A DNA stretch of 64,000 nucleotides from a virus. The notes under the pieces were generated by a model. It saw nothing but the letters and a program-made list of their open reading frames with translations. It did not search any database and was not told where the DNA came from. Below are positions 49,246 through 59,021 of the stretch, piece by piece; position 1 is the first letter of the stretch, and each line of letters starts with the position of its first letter. The translations under genes and the position numbers were made by a program. Where the stretch lies: positions 1 to 64,000 of IMG/VR virus record IMGVR_UViG_3300039183_000005, one strand, 5' to 3'.

Positions 49246-49659
49246 ATGGCTCTAATAATTGAAGATATCCGTCGTGAAATTAATCATACAATAAGGATGG
49301 GCTATCATGTTAACAATATAGAAGCCTTTTTAATTCATTGTGATGATGCATATACACTATTAAAAGATGACCATGATTATTGCCAAAAATATGGTTTTCC
49401 ATGCAGTATATTTCATACGGAAAATAATGAAATGAAAATTTGTGGCATTAAAATAATTACTAGTGAATACGTCGAACGAGGAACGATCCACAAAATTTTT
49501 AAGAATAATTTACCATATATTCCTCCGCAATTTCAAACATATTTACCCGAAAATGAGCCAATAAATTTTCCAGAATATTTACGACTTCCAACCATTGTTG
49601 ATAAAAAGAAGAAAAAAAAGAAACATAGCACGACACGAAAGATAGAGTTGGGTGATTAA
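49246..49659 (+). CDS. hypothetical protein with poly-Lys tail
   Basis: ORF track. Confidence 0.55.
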   Translation: MALIIEDIRREINHTIRMGYHVNNIEAFLIHCDDAYTLLKDDHDYCQKYGFPCSIFHTENNEMKICGIKIITSEYVERGTIHKIFKNNLPYIPPQFQTYLPENEPINFPEYLRLPTIVDKKKKKKKHSTTRKIELGD

Positions 49660-49861
49660 TATGGAATTTGGAGACAATCGATTAAAGCGAATAACTAGGT
49701 TTCTTTACAAATGGTTACTGTGTTCTTGGTTCCACAGACGACACAGATGTTATCCAAGAGTTGATTTGCTAGATGATAACTCGTGGCATTGTAAAAAATG
49801 TCATGAGTGTGGAGAAGTGTTTGATATTATTTTTGATGGACAAAATATGAAGTGGTTTTAA
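49652..49861 (+). CDS. hypothetical protein
   Basis: ORF track; CKKCHECG. Confidence 0.5.
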   Translation: MINMEFGDNRLKRITRFLYKWLLCSWFHRRHRCYPRVDLLDDNSWHCKKCHECGEVFDIIFDGQNMKWF

Positions 49862-49862
49862 A

Positions 49863-49945
49863 GGCCCCGTGGCGGAATGGCATACGCGACAGTTTCAAGA
49901 ACTGTTGTCCGAAAGGGCGTGCTGGTTCGAATCCAGTCGTGGCCA
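49863..49945 (+). tRNA. tRNA-Leu(CAA)
   Basis: ACAGT-TTCAAGA-ACTGT anticodon arm, long variable arm GTCC-GAAA-GGGC, TTCGAAT; one acceptor mismatch. Confidence 0.9.
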
Positions 49946-50030
49946 TTAAAAAATATGCTGAGTAAACTAGAACTGGAAGAAAAAGTAAATTGCAGTGGGT
50001 GGGTTGAGCAATTTATTGGAGATAAATAGT

Positions 50031-50357
50031 ATGAAAAGTGATTATTGGTTTGATTCCGTAAAATCTTCTCTTTCAGAGGCCGGTATTTTGGCAACACAAA
50101 AACAGATTGAACAAATAGCTGGAGATATGGAGGTAAGTCATGATCAGTACGATATGGCTTTCGGATATGATGTGGCTAGTCAGAATCTTCAGGCCAGTAA
50201 AAACAATGAAATAGTAAAACTTAAGAAAAAACTTAGGGAAGAACAAGAAAAGCAAACATGCAAAGAATGTAATGGGAGAGGGTATGTGAGAGAACAAGGC
50301 CCAGTCCATGGTTCCGAATTTACGTGCTATAAGTGCAAGGGGGCAGGAAGGATATAA
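50031..50357 (+). CDS. hypothetical protein with DnaJ-type Zn finger
   Basis: CKECNGRG...CYKCKGAG. Confidence 0.6.
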   Translation: MKSDYWFDSVKSSLSEAGILATQKQIEQIAGDMEVSHDQYDMAFGYDVASQNLQASKNNEIVKLKKKLREEQEKQTCKECNGRGYVREQGPVHGSEFTCYKCKGAGRI

Positions 50358-50358
50358 C

Positions 50359-50721
50359 ATGGTAAAACATGGTTGTGCGCCGTTTCTGGAGTGTAGCACA
50401 AAAGGTGATCGAAGATTCTCGGCTTTTTGTGCTCGTGTTAATGGGCGTGATGGAAAGAATATCGAAGAAATCTATCAGGCGGCTAAGATTTTCGAAGATG
50501 GATCAACTGGTTTGACGTGGAAAGAGGCTAAGGGGCGAATTCCGATTAACAGCGATGAAGTATCACTGTTATATTCTCAGTTATGGGATGAATATATCGC
50601 CGAAAATCCACATTTATTAAAAATATTAAAAATGGTTAGCGGCATTAGTGATATATTTGGTCAACGTGGTCACGCTTGTCAAGCCACAGAGCTTTGGAGG
50701 ATTAAGTGTAAAATGCAATAA
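50359..50721 (+). CDS. NADAR-like protein
   Basis: LECSTKGDRRFSAF...IEEIYQAAKIFEDG...AKG...CQA. Confidence 0.5.
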   Translation: MVKHGCAPFLECSTKGDRRFSAFCARVNGRDGKNIEEIYQAAKIFEDGSTGLTWKEAKGRIPINSDEVSLLYSQLWDEYIAENPHLLKILKMVSGISDIFGQRGHACQATELWRIKCKMQ

Positions 50722-50772
50722 TATATTTTTCCTGTATGTATAAATAGATCATATTATATTAGACTATACATC

Positions 50773-50799
50773 GAGCAATCTTATGATTGCTCATTTTTT
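50773..50799 (+). terminator. intrinsic terminator ending accessory island
   Basis: GAGCAATC-ttat-GATTGCTC + T6. Confidence 0.75.
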
Positions 50800-50809
50800 A
50801 TGCGCATTT

Positions 50810-50817
50810 GTGTATAA
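50810..50817 (+). promoter_or_regulatory. GTGTATAA promoter motif
   Basis: Intergenic; followed by leader hairpin CTATTGAG...CTCAGTAG and GGGAGG SD. Confidence 0.6.
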
Positions 50818-50901
50818 TAAATATGTGATGAATCTATTGAGCCTTCGTTTCTATGGTGATTCGGAATCTCAGTAGCCTTATCGTTTTAGGGAGGTAAAAT
50901 T

Positions 50902-51444
50902 ATGACATTAGTAGCTGATACATGGGGAGCAAATCGAAATCCAACTCCAAAATCTTTCAAAATGTACAAGACTCTTACAGCTACGGCTGTATCTGGGTCT
51001 GCCGTGACCGACACAGAAACAATTTTTAATAAAAACTGTCCTTTTCCAGTGAAGGTTGTTGGATTTGAGGTTCAGGCAGTGACATTAACTGCTAGTGATT
51101 TCAGTGGTAGCGGATCGGCCATGACTGTTGCGCTGCAAACCTCTGATGAAGTTGATACATCTCCTGGTGCGCCAACGGCCATAAGCTGGGATACTGCGGT
51201 AACTGTCGATTGTTCTGGCATTGCATCTGATACAGACAAGAGACTATTTGCAGCTCCATCTAATGCTGGTGATCGAGTGGATGTCGGTTTGGATCAGACA
51301 TATGTTGCAGTTCCGAAGGGTGGTTCAATGAGGGCAACCCTATCAGCTCAGGCCAAAGATGCCGTTTCTGTATCTAGTGCTGTAGAATTGCTGGCAATTG
51401 TAGAATGTATACCGACAGAAGCCAACGATCAACTTAGATTTTAG
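50902..51444 (+). CDS. probable virion structural protein
   Basis: Ser/Thr/Ala-rich beta protein; own promoter, strong SD and terminator. Confidence 0.55.
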   Translation: MTLVADTWGANRNPTPKSFKMYKTLTATAVSGSAVTDTETIFNKNCPFPVKVVGFEVQAVTLTASDFSGSGSAMTVALQTSDEVDTSPGAPTAISWDTAVTVDCSGIASDTDKRLFAAPSNAGDRVDVGLDQTYVAVPKGGSMRATLSAQAKDAVSVSSAVELLAIVECIPTEANDQLRF

Positions 51445-51468
51445 TTAACAATAATTAAAAACACTTCT

Positions 51469-51501
51469 AAGACCGAAAGCGAAAGTTTTCGGTCTTTTTT
51501 T
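51469..51501 (+). terminator. intrinsic terminator
   Basis: AAGACCGAAAGC-gaaa-GTTTTCGGTCTT + T-run. Confidence 0.85.
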
Positions 51502-51589
51502 ATCAAAGGTGTATAAGTTATTGGATAGGATAGGGCGTAGGTATGGATAGACAGTGCCACTGTATTTTTTGGGACTGGGAAGGTGTCAA

Positions 51590-52672
51590 ATGGATATAGC
51601 TGAAAAAGAGCGGCTAATTGCAAGAATTAGTTGGAAATATATTCCTGCCACCGTCAGAGTCAATAATGGCGATATTGTTTCATTTCTTCTTCATTCCCCA
51701 ACGCCACAAGAACAATCGCAAGCTGCTATGATTTATTCCACTGAAAAACAACGCGCCACTATTATTGGCTTACCATCTGAATCAGAATTATTGGCAAATA
51801 TGATTAATCTTGACAGATGGAGTCTTCAAAAAGAAGATGAAATAGAAGGATTACAAAAAGATATTCATACAATTCGTAGAGGATTGTTGGATTTAAGGTT
51901 TAATAAAACAAAACTAGAATTCACTCGCTCTCTTTTGCGTCGTGCAGAAAAAGCTCTAATCGAACGACTGACAAACCGCCACGATCTTTTACAAGGAAGC
52001 GCAGAAGCTCATGCGGAAATTGCTCGTCAACGTTATTTAGTGGGTCGTATTGCCGAAACAGAAAATCATAAACAAATATGGCCGATACCAGAAGATTTTG
52101 ATAATTGCGAAGACAACGAACTTATATCACAACTGTGTGAATTTTTTTTTCAAAAATCTCGTATTTCGTCCAAGCTAATAAGAGAACTAGCCCGTTCATC
52201 TCAATGGAGAGCCTATTGGGAAATAGCTAAGAATACTAATGAATTATTTTGTGGTGATGTATTATCGTGGTCAGTCAATCAAAGAGAATTAGCTTATTGG
52301 TCTACTATTTATGATTCAGTATATGGTTCATATGATCGTCCATCAAAGGAAATTATTGAAGACGATGATCTTTTAGATTCTTGGTTTATACGTCAGGGAG
52401 AAAAAATAGAGCATAGAACACAATCTGGACTTATACCGAAATCAAATAAGTCTGGTCGTAATGAAGAATTTATTATGGCAGACGCCGAAGGCGCTAAACA
52501 AGTATATAAAATGAATGATCCTGTTGTTCGTGCTCGTATTAAGGCAAAACAAAAAATGATAGCCAAAAAAGGAATAGTACGTGAGCAAGATATGCCAGAC
52601 AGTCAAAATGAAATGAGACAACAGTTTATGGAAAAACAAAGTAAACATGTTAAGGATATTATGCGAAAATAG
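51590..52672 (+). CDS. helical protein, possible tail assembly factor
   Basis: Downstream of GTGTATAA 51509; upstream of TMP. Confidence 0.55.
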   Translation: MDIAEKERLIARISWKYIPATVRVNNGDIVSFLLHSPTPQEQSQAAMIYSTEKQRATIIGLPSESELLANMINLDRWSLQKEDEIEGLQKDIHTIRRGLLDLRFNKTKLEFTRSLLRRAEKALIERLTNRHDLLQGSAEAHAEIARQRYLVGRIAETENHKQIWPIPEDFDNCEDNELISQLCEFFFQKSRISSKLIRELARSSQWRAYWEIAKNTNELFCGDVLSWSVNQRELAYWSTIYDSVYGSYDRPSKEIIEDDDLLDSWFIRQGEKIEHRTQSGLIPKSNKSGRNEEFIMADAEGAKQVYKMNDPVVRARIKAKQKMIAKKGIVREQDMPDSQNEMRQQFMEKQSKHVKDIMRK

Positions 52673-52682
52673 GGAGATGAAA

Positions 52683-53051
52683 ATGTCTCGCAAAGAAGAA
52701 GAATTGGCAGAATTACGGCATAGACAAAAAAGGGCTCAACAAGGACGTATTGCTCAAGATTCTAAGAATCGTTTGAAAAAAATAGCAGATAAGAAATTCC
52801 GCACCTGTTTTATTGCTGCGTTGGCTGAATTTGAAAATACATTTGGCCTTGAACTTTGGGGACATAATTTACCAGAAGAAGAATTAACTACAAAGCAAAT
52901 GGCTAACAGGATACGTTGGGAACAAGTTCGTAAGAATATTCTCGATAAAGGAAATACTCAGGCACGTGCCCTGGGGATGGAAATTGATTTACATAAAATA
53001 GAATTTGAAGGATATCATGTCCAATTTGGAGGAATTACAAATGGAGAGTAA
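52683..53051 (+). CDS. hypothetical protein
   Basis: ORF track; GGGAG SD. Confidence 0.6.
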   Translation: MSRKEEELAELRHRQKRAQQGRIAQDSKNRLKKIADKKFRTCFIAALAEFENTFGLELWGHNLPEEELTTKQMANRIRWEQVRKNILDKGNTQARALGMEIDLHKIEFEGYHVQFGGITNGE

Positions 53052-53946
53052 AAGGACAGTAATCGACACTGTGGACGAAAATAATCAGCCAATTAAGCTA
53101 GCTGTTGTTCGTCCGAACAATAAGGTTAATCAGGAAGCTAATATGGGTTATAATTTACGAATGGCAGAACTTATTCGTAATGGGTCTAAAAATGGGTCGA
53201 ATAGATTACTGCTTCGCGCCGAACTAGAAGATTATTTGGCCGAAATGGGCATTTGGACTATGAAGGATCAGCTTGAAGTAGAGAAATTGGCTTTGGAAAT
53301 TCGCGCCAATGAATTATTGCTAAAAAGGGGTGGCATTAAAATCTCAGAAGGTAGGGCCATGGCACTGCAAATGGCCGAAAAACGACAATTAATTCTTGAG
53401 AAACATGCGAAAAGATTGCAATTTGATTCTGCTACAATAGAATCTCACGCAGAAAATTTTCGCTTTGAATATCTTTTGGTTAAATGTTTGGTACTTGCTG
53501 ATACTGGTAAACAATTTTTAAAGGATCATGATGAATATATTGAAAAACAAGATACAGAAGCGGTAATGGAAGGTGCTCGAATACTTGCCAATATGATTTA
53601 TGGCATTGAAGACAATGTTCAAAAGAAGATGTTTGAAATGAAGTGGCTTAAAGATGCTGGTATGATCAACGATGAAGGACGTTATATTAAATCTGACGGT
53701 ACGATTATTGATAGGGATGGTCGTTTAATTGACAAAAATGGTCGCTATATCAATAAGGATGGTCAATTAATTGATACTTTTGGACGATTTGTTGACGAAC
53801 ATGGTAATTTACTAGTGGATGAATCAAAACCATTTATAGATGATGAAACTGGTAAGGCAGTGATTATCGGAGAAATAGGTAAAAAAAGTAAAACAAAGAA
53901 AATTGCTTCCAAAAGAAAAAGAAAAAAGAAGGTAGCAACAAAATAG
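53041..53946 (+). CDS. probable tail assembly chaperone with 7-aa (I/V)(D/N)xxG repeats
   Basis: Directly before TMP; INDEGRYIKSDGTIIDRDGRLIDKNGRYINKDG. Confidence 0.55.
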   Translation: MESKRTVIDTVDENNQPIKLAVVRPNNKVNQEANMGYNLRMAELIRNGSKNGSNRLLLRAELEDYLAEMGIWTMKDQLEVEKLALEIRANELLLKRGGIKISEGRAMALQMAEKRQLILEKHAKRLQFDSATIESHAENFRFEYLLVKCLVLADTGKQFLKDHDEYIEKQDTEAVMEGARILANMIYGIEDNVQKKMFEMKWLKDAGMINDEGRYIKSDGTIIDRDGRLIDKNGRYINKDGQLIDTFGRFVDEHGNLLVDESKPFIDDETGKAVIIGEIGKKSKTKKIASKRKRKKKVATK

Positions 53947-53968
53947 AATGATTGAGGATGTGATGTAA

Positions 53969-56900
53969 GTGGCATTTGTACTTGACGTTAATCTTAGAAT
54001 TCAAGATATCCTTGGTCTGCAAAAGGTTGAGGCTGCTCTTGGCAAATTAACAAGTTCCACACAGGTGGGAGCTGTTGTTGGTGGTGCTGGAGCTACAACA
54101 AGTGCAATTAAAACACAGGCTGCTGCTGCAACTGCCCAGGCTACTGCTGTCAACAAAGTAACAACTGCCACTAATAAAATGAATGTTGCCCAGAATAAAG
54201 CTGCAACAAGTACGCGAAAAGCTACTTCTGGAATGCAACTTAGCGCTAAAGCTTCTGAAAATTTTGGCAATGCTGTGTATCTCGCCGGTCGTCGATATGC
54301 TGCATTTGTAACTGCTACCGCTGCTCCACTAGCAATTGTCGCAGGTTTGGGAAAAGCCACAGCTTCGGTAATCGAATTTGATAGTGCCATACTTAAATTG
54401 CGACAAATTATGGGCCAAACAGATCAGCAAATTAGTAGTACCAGAGACACTATTCTTGATTTAGCCGCCAGCACAGGTACGTCTGCTAGTGAGATTGCTC
54501 GTGTTGGTAAGGTTTTGGCTCAGGCAGGGCAAAGAGGTGATGTGCTTACCGAGTCACTAACAGCTCTTTCTAAAGTTCCATTAACGCCGTCTTTTGAAAC
54601 TATTGATGCTGCTATTGAAGGTACCATCGCCGCTCTAAATCAGTTCAATTCCGAAGGTTTAACTACTACTAGGGTGCTGGATGTTATGACAGCCCTATCT
54701 AATAAATTTGCTGCATCTTCAGAAGATATTGCTAAAGGTATAGCTCGTGGTGGTGCTGCATTTGAAGCTATTGGTGGCACATTTGAGGAATTTGCTTCAG
54801 TATTTACAACTATTCGACAGGCAACGCGAGAAAGCGCCGAAACTGTTGGTACATTTATGAAGACCATTTCTTCTCGTCTGGCTGATCCTAAGATTGTAAA
54901 TTTCCTTGAAGGTAAAGGAATTCGTATTTCCGAAGCCATTGAAGCTGGTAATCCAGTAGAAGCAATAAAGCGAATTGCCGCTGCATTAAGAGAAACTGCA
55001 AGTATTCAGGATAGAATTGAAATAGGTACTAAGCTTGGCGGACGACGCCAGATTTCTCGTTTACTTGCTTTGATTAGTAACATTGATGTGTTAGATGAAA
55101 CTTTAAAAACTGCTGCCACATCAAGCGGAGAATTCGGGAAAATAGCCGAAGAAGGTTTAAAGGGATTGCAGGCACAATTAAATATTATGGTTCAAGAATG
55201 GAATAAATTAATACAATCATTAGCGGCTCCAGTATTTGTTCCATTTATTCAAATGGCTACTCAAGCAGGAAAAGCCTTGGCGTATATGGCCGATTTTGCC
55301 AAACCTATTATTCCAGCCTTAACATATATTGCAGGGTTTACTGCGGCATTCAAGTTATTAGCAGTATCTATTACCAATGCAGGAAAAGCACTTGCATTTA
55401 TGGGAACCGTTGGAAGAACCGTTGGTGGTGGACTTGCTGCTACCGCAACTGCTGCCCAAGGTTTAGCTGCTGGTGGTTTAGCCGGAACTACAGCAAGAGA
55501 ACGGGTTCAAAGACGTTTGGCTGGTGGAGTTGGCCTTTCTGCTGAACAAGCTGCTGCTGCTGGCGCTGCTGGTGGTAGATTCGCTGGTGGAGCGAAAGCT
55601 GCTGTTACTTCACAATTGGGCCAATTAGCTGTAGCTGCCGGTATTGCTTTAGCTGCCAGTAAGTTTTCTGAAGCTGCTGAGAAAGCTGGTAGTTCTGCTG
55701 GTATATTCGCTTCTGAAACAGCAAAAGCTGCCGCTGTTATTGGTATTGCTATCTCTGCTTTGTCTGGCAAAAGTATCACCGGGGCTTTAGCTTCACTCGG
55801 CCCATTCGGTGGTGCTGTTGCTGGAGTTACTTTGGCATTGGGTGCAATGACATATGCTGCCAATAAAGCTGCTGATATCGATATGCAAAAAGTTATTGAT
55901 GAAATGGTTAATAAAATTAAAAACATTAAAACAGATGACCTAGAAATAAAAACACCAGAACAATTACAGCAACAAATTGGCGATCTTGGAACTGATGCTA
56001 TAGAAGGAATTCAAGAAGCTGCAAATAAATGGGAGGATGACTGGTATGACGTTTTTGCCAATATTCCAAATAGATTAAAAAATCTATTTACTGGTCAGGG
56101 TAACTTAACAATTAATGATGCACAAGCTCAAGAAATAATTGAACGTATTGTTGGTGCTAATCCAGAACTACTTAATAAAATTTTGCAATCTGCGGTAGAA
56201 CAATTTGGCGCTGGTGGACTAGAAACAGGTATCGATCAATTATTAGTAGAAGAATTAGGTGGCAATGCTGAAGTCATTGCCCGTGTTCGTCAGGCTATGA
56301 TTAAACAGCTTGGTGGAATGGAAAAAATTGCTACTAATATTGAAAAAATTAAGCTAGACACAGAAGTGAGTAGGCTTGGAAATGCTATTGCTAAAGCGTC
56401 AAAAGATTTTGAAACCCTACATGTTCCATCGCAACTTAGTTTTGAACTTGGAATGTTGAGTGATGCAGTTGGTAATACAGCGAGGGCTATTGAAACTAAT
56501 GTAACATTATTTGACAAATTAAGTCAAGTAATTGGTCAAGATATTGGTGTTTCTAAGCCGGGAACAGAATTTTCTAGGGCGGCAGTTGAAGAACTTGTTC
56601 GTACTGGAGGTATCGGTGACATATTAGATTTGAGCAATTTTGAAGGTTTAGATGAATTTACTACCGACATGGCAAGAGTCGGAGATGCACTAGATGATTT
56701 TATGAAATCTATTGTTAAAAGTAAGGCAAATGCTGATTCATTGCGATCGTTATTGAGTGATCCAAAGGTTGATCCATTTGATATTATGAGTGATTATATC
56801 GATAAATTTATGGATGAATATCCAGATAAAATTCCACCTGAAGCTGAAGCTGCCTTTAAAGCTGCTGCTACTGGTCTCGGACAACAATTAAAAAATATGA

Positions 56901-59011
56901 TTACTGATTCTGCCGGTGTGTTGCCCAGTACAGAAGAAATACAAAAAGCTATGGATTCTGTTCTTGGAAAACAACGTCCATTTTATGACGCAGCTATAGA
57001 TGTTTATCAAACATGGTTAAATGCTCAAATGCAACAATTAAATTTAAAATTATCTGGTGAAGAAATATCTGCACAAGTCGATGTTAGTACCGCAGAACTT
57101 AGTGATACTATTATAACAAGTCTACGAAATGCTTTAAAAAATGTTGGTATTGATCTTCGATTACCATTATTCGAAGAAGGTCTCCAGAATGCTAATGATG
57201 TCATGGTTGATTTAGCTCAAAATGGTGATTTGGTTGGACAAGTTTTATTAAAATATGAAAGTAGTTATCGTAAACATGCTGAATTGCAACGACAAATAGC
57301 TGAAGCTCAGCAAACCGGTGAAGGAGCAAGTATTGGTTTGTTGGAAGCTTCAAATAAGGCATCAATTGAAGTGCTTAATTTACAAGTAGTTTTAAGTCAA
57401 TTGGCTAAAATAGCACAACGGGCTCCACAGGCATTAGCCGCACAGCAAGAAGAACAAAGAAAACTTCCGTATGTTTTTGATGAAAAAGCTGCAACAAAAT
57501 TTACAGAACAACTTGGTAAAAGTAGTGAGAAAATGATTGAGCTTATTAATCGACAACGACAATTGATTGAAGCACAAACTGCAATTGATGTAGCTGAAGT
57601 ATTCAAAAAACCTGCCGATATTTTTGCTGAAGCTCTAAGAGAAAGTGCCACTGCTGTTCGTGCATTTACCTCTGCCCTGACAACCCAAGACTTACAAAGG
57701 GGACTTGGTGTTCCTAGTGCTGGCACAACGCCGGAAGGGCGTGTATACACAGCACGCCAATATGTTCCAGAAGCAAGACTGCCAAAAAAGCAAGTGATGG
57801 ACCAGAAATTTTTGCAATCTGCTTTATTCGGTGGTAATGTGGAGAATGTTATGGAAGCACTACTCCAGGGTGCTGCGACGACAGCCGAAAGTAAAGTTTT
57901 CAGTCAATTACTTCGAGGACAACAAGATGAAGCTGCGTCCAATAAAGTACTTGCTGAAAGTTTTAGAGAATTTAAGGGATTTATTTATGATATTCCAAAG
58001 GCTATTCAAGAAAGTGGACTAGACCCGGCAGAAGTGGCACATGCTGCGGCTAAAGTTTTGAGGGAGCAGGCTACTCAATCTGGAGCAATTGAAGTAGAAC
58101 ACATTGGCGCAATTCAAAGAACCATGGGTGATTTAGCTAATAGTTTAAAAACATTAATCGAACGTCCAGAAGTAGCCAGAGAACCACAGCAAATCATAGA
58201 GCAATTACCTAGCAATATTCAGGATTTATTACGGAATTTAAGTCAACCGACAGGTCGTGCGACAGAATTTGAAACGGCGCCAAGAACATTCGAAGATATT
58301 TCGTCATCGGCGGCAGACATTCAGCGAGCTGCATCTGAAACACATATGGCCTCAGAAGCTACCATACGATCAACTGAAGAAATGCGTACAGCTTCTACCG
58401 ATATACGTACTGGCGGCACTGATTTACTCACTGCTAGTCAAGGTATTAGTGAGGCGATTGGACAACTACAAGCATTTGTTGATATACAGCGAGAAACATT
58501 AACAAGACAACAAGAAGTAGCTGGCGAAAGTACTGATACTGGTAGTAATACTGAAGCAATTATGGCTACAACGGAAGCGATAAATGCTCTTGGTGAACGT
58601 GTTGATTCGGTCGCGAAAGCTGTCGAAATTCAAACCCAACAAGCAGTTGAATTGGCTACTACAGAAACAATGAAACCACTCGAAGTGGAAGGCTTGGTTG
58701 AAAATACCAAGGCATTAGATGCTAGTAGTGATGCAAATTCAAAAACTCGGGAGGAAATGACTACTTTAAGTAAGGGGATGTCTGATATTGCAAATTCAAT
58801 GAAAAATGGTATTGGAATTGACATTGAAACTATGAGCGAAGTCAAGGTTGATGTAGAAAGTATTGGTGCAGCAGCTAAAGAATTTACATCTGAATTTGAA
58901 GAGGTTGCGCATAAGGTCGCCAAGGAAGAAATTCGCATTATGTTGCAACAACTAGCTCGTGAAGCTGGTAATTCCGAAGCCGCATCAACATTTGAAAGTG
59001 CGATAACGTAA
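53969..59011 (+). CDS. tail tape measure protein
   Basis: 1680 aa Ala-rich helical protein; TP901-type core (EFDSAI...SNKFAASSEDIA...ETVGTFMKTI). Confidence 0.9.
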   Translation: MAFVLDVNLRIQDILGLQKVEAALGKLTSSTQVGAVVGGAGATTSAIKTQAAAATAQATAVNKVTTATNKMNVAQNKAATSTRKATSGMQLSAKASENFGNAVYLAGRRYAAFVTATAAPLAIVAGLGKATASVIEFDSAILKLRQIMGQTDQQISSTRDTILDLAASTGTSASEIARVGKVLAQAGQRGDVLTESLTALSKVPLTPSFETIDAAIEGTIAALNQFNSEGLTTTRVLDVMTALSNKFAASSEDIAKGIARGGAAFEAIGGTFEEFASVFTTIRQATRESAETVGTFMKTISSRLADPKIVNFLEGKGIRISEAIEAGNPVEAIKRIAAALRETASIQDRIEIGTKLGGRRQISRLLALISNIDVLDETLKTAATSSGEFGKIAEEGLKGLQAQLNIMVQEWNKLIQSLAAPVFVPFIQMATQAGKALAYMADFAKPIIPALTYIAGFTAAFKLLAVSITNAGKALAFMGTVGRTVGGGLAATATAAQGLAAGGLAGTTARERVQRRLAGGVGLSAEQAAAAGAAGGRFAGGAKAAVTSQLGQLAVAAGIALAASKFSEAAEKAGSSAGIFASETAKAAAVIGIAISALSGKSITGALASLGPFGGAVAGVTLALGAMTYAANKAADIDMQKVIDEMVNKIKNIKTDDLEIKTPEQLQQQIGDLGTDAIEGIQEAANKWEDDWYDVFANIPNRLKNLFTGQGNLTINDAQAQEIIERIVGANPELLNKILQSAVEQFGAGGLETGIDQLLVEELGGNAEVIARVRQAMIKQLGGMEKIATNIEKIKLDTEVSRLGNAIAKASKDFETLHVPSQLSFELGMLSDAVGNTARAIETNVTLFDKLSQVIGQDIGVSKPGTEFSRAAVEELVRTGGIGDILDLSNFEGLDEFTTDMARVGDALDDFMKSIVKSKANADSLRSLLSDPKVDPFDIMSDYIDKFMDEYPDKIPPEAEAAFKAAATGLGQQLKNMITDSAGVLPSTEEIQKAMDSVLGKQRPFYDAAIDVYQTWLNAQMQQLNLKLSGEEISAQVDVSTAELSDTIITSLRNALKNVGIDLRLPLFEEGLQNANDVMVDLAQNGDLVGQVLLKYESSYRKHAELQRQIAEAQQTGEGASIGLLEASNKASIEVLNLQVVLSQLAKIAQRAPQALAAQQEEQRKLPYVFDEKAATKFTEQLGKSSEKMIELINRQRQLIEAQTAIDVAEVFKKPADIFAEALRESATAVRAFTSALTTQDLQRGLGVPSAGTTPEGRVYTARQYVPEARLPKKQVMDQKFLQSALFGGNVENVMEALLQGAATTAESKVFSQLLRGQQDEAASNKVLAESFREFKGFIYDIPKAIQESGLDPAEVAHAAAKVLREQATQSGAIEVEHIGAIQRTMGDLANSLKTLIERPEVAREPQQIIEQLPSNIQDLLRNLSQPTGRATEFETAPRTFEDISSSAADIQRAASETHMASEATIRSTEEMRTASTDIRTGGTDLLTASQGISEAIGQLQAFVDIQRETLTRQQEVAGESTDTGSNTEAIMATTEAINALGERVDSVAKAVEIQTQQAVELATTETMKPLEVEGLVENTKALDASSDANSKTREEMTTLSKGMSDIANSMKNGIGIDIETMSEVKVDVESIGAAAKEFTSEFEEVAHKVAKEEIRIMLQQLAREAGNSEAASTFESAIT

Positions 59012-59021
59012 AAGGTAAATT

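Noticed and set aside
49863-49945. Reading the tRNA anticodon as TCA (Sec or opal suppressor)
   Set aside because: The 5-bp stem ACAGT/ACTGT centres CAA in the 7-nt loop, and the long variable arm fits Leu.
53870-53970. Programmed -1 frameshift in the tail chaperone
   Set aside because: The A-runs lie in a Lys-rich tail, the AAAAAAG heptamer is not in the required phase, and no extension ORF is apparent.
54001-58938. Antisense ORFs within TMP, portal, TerL and other long genes
   Set aside because: Shadow frames of codon-biased genes with no SD or recognisable motifs.
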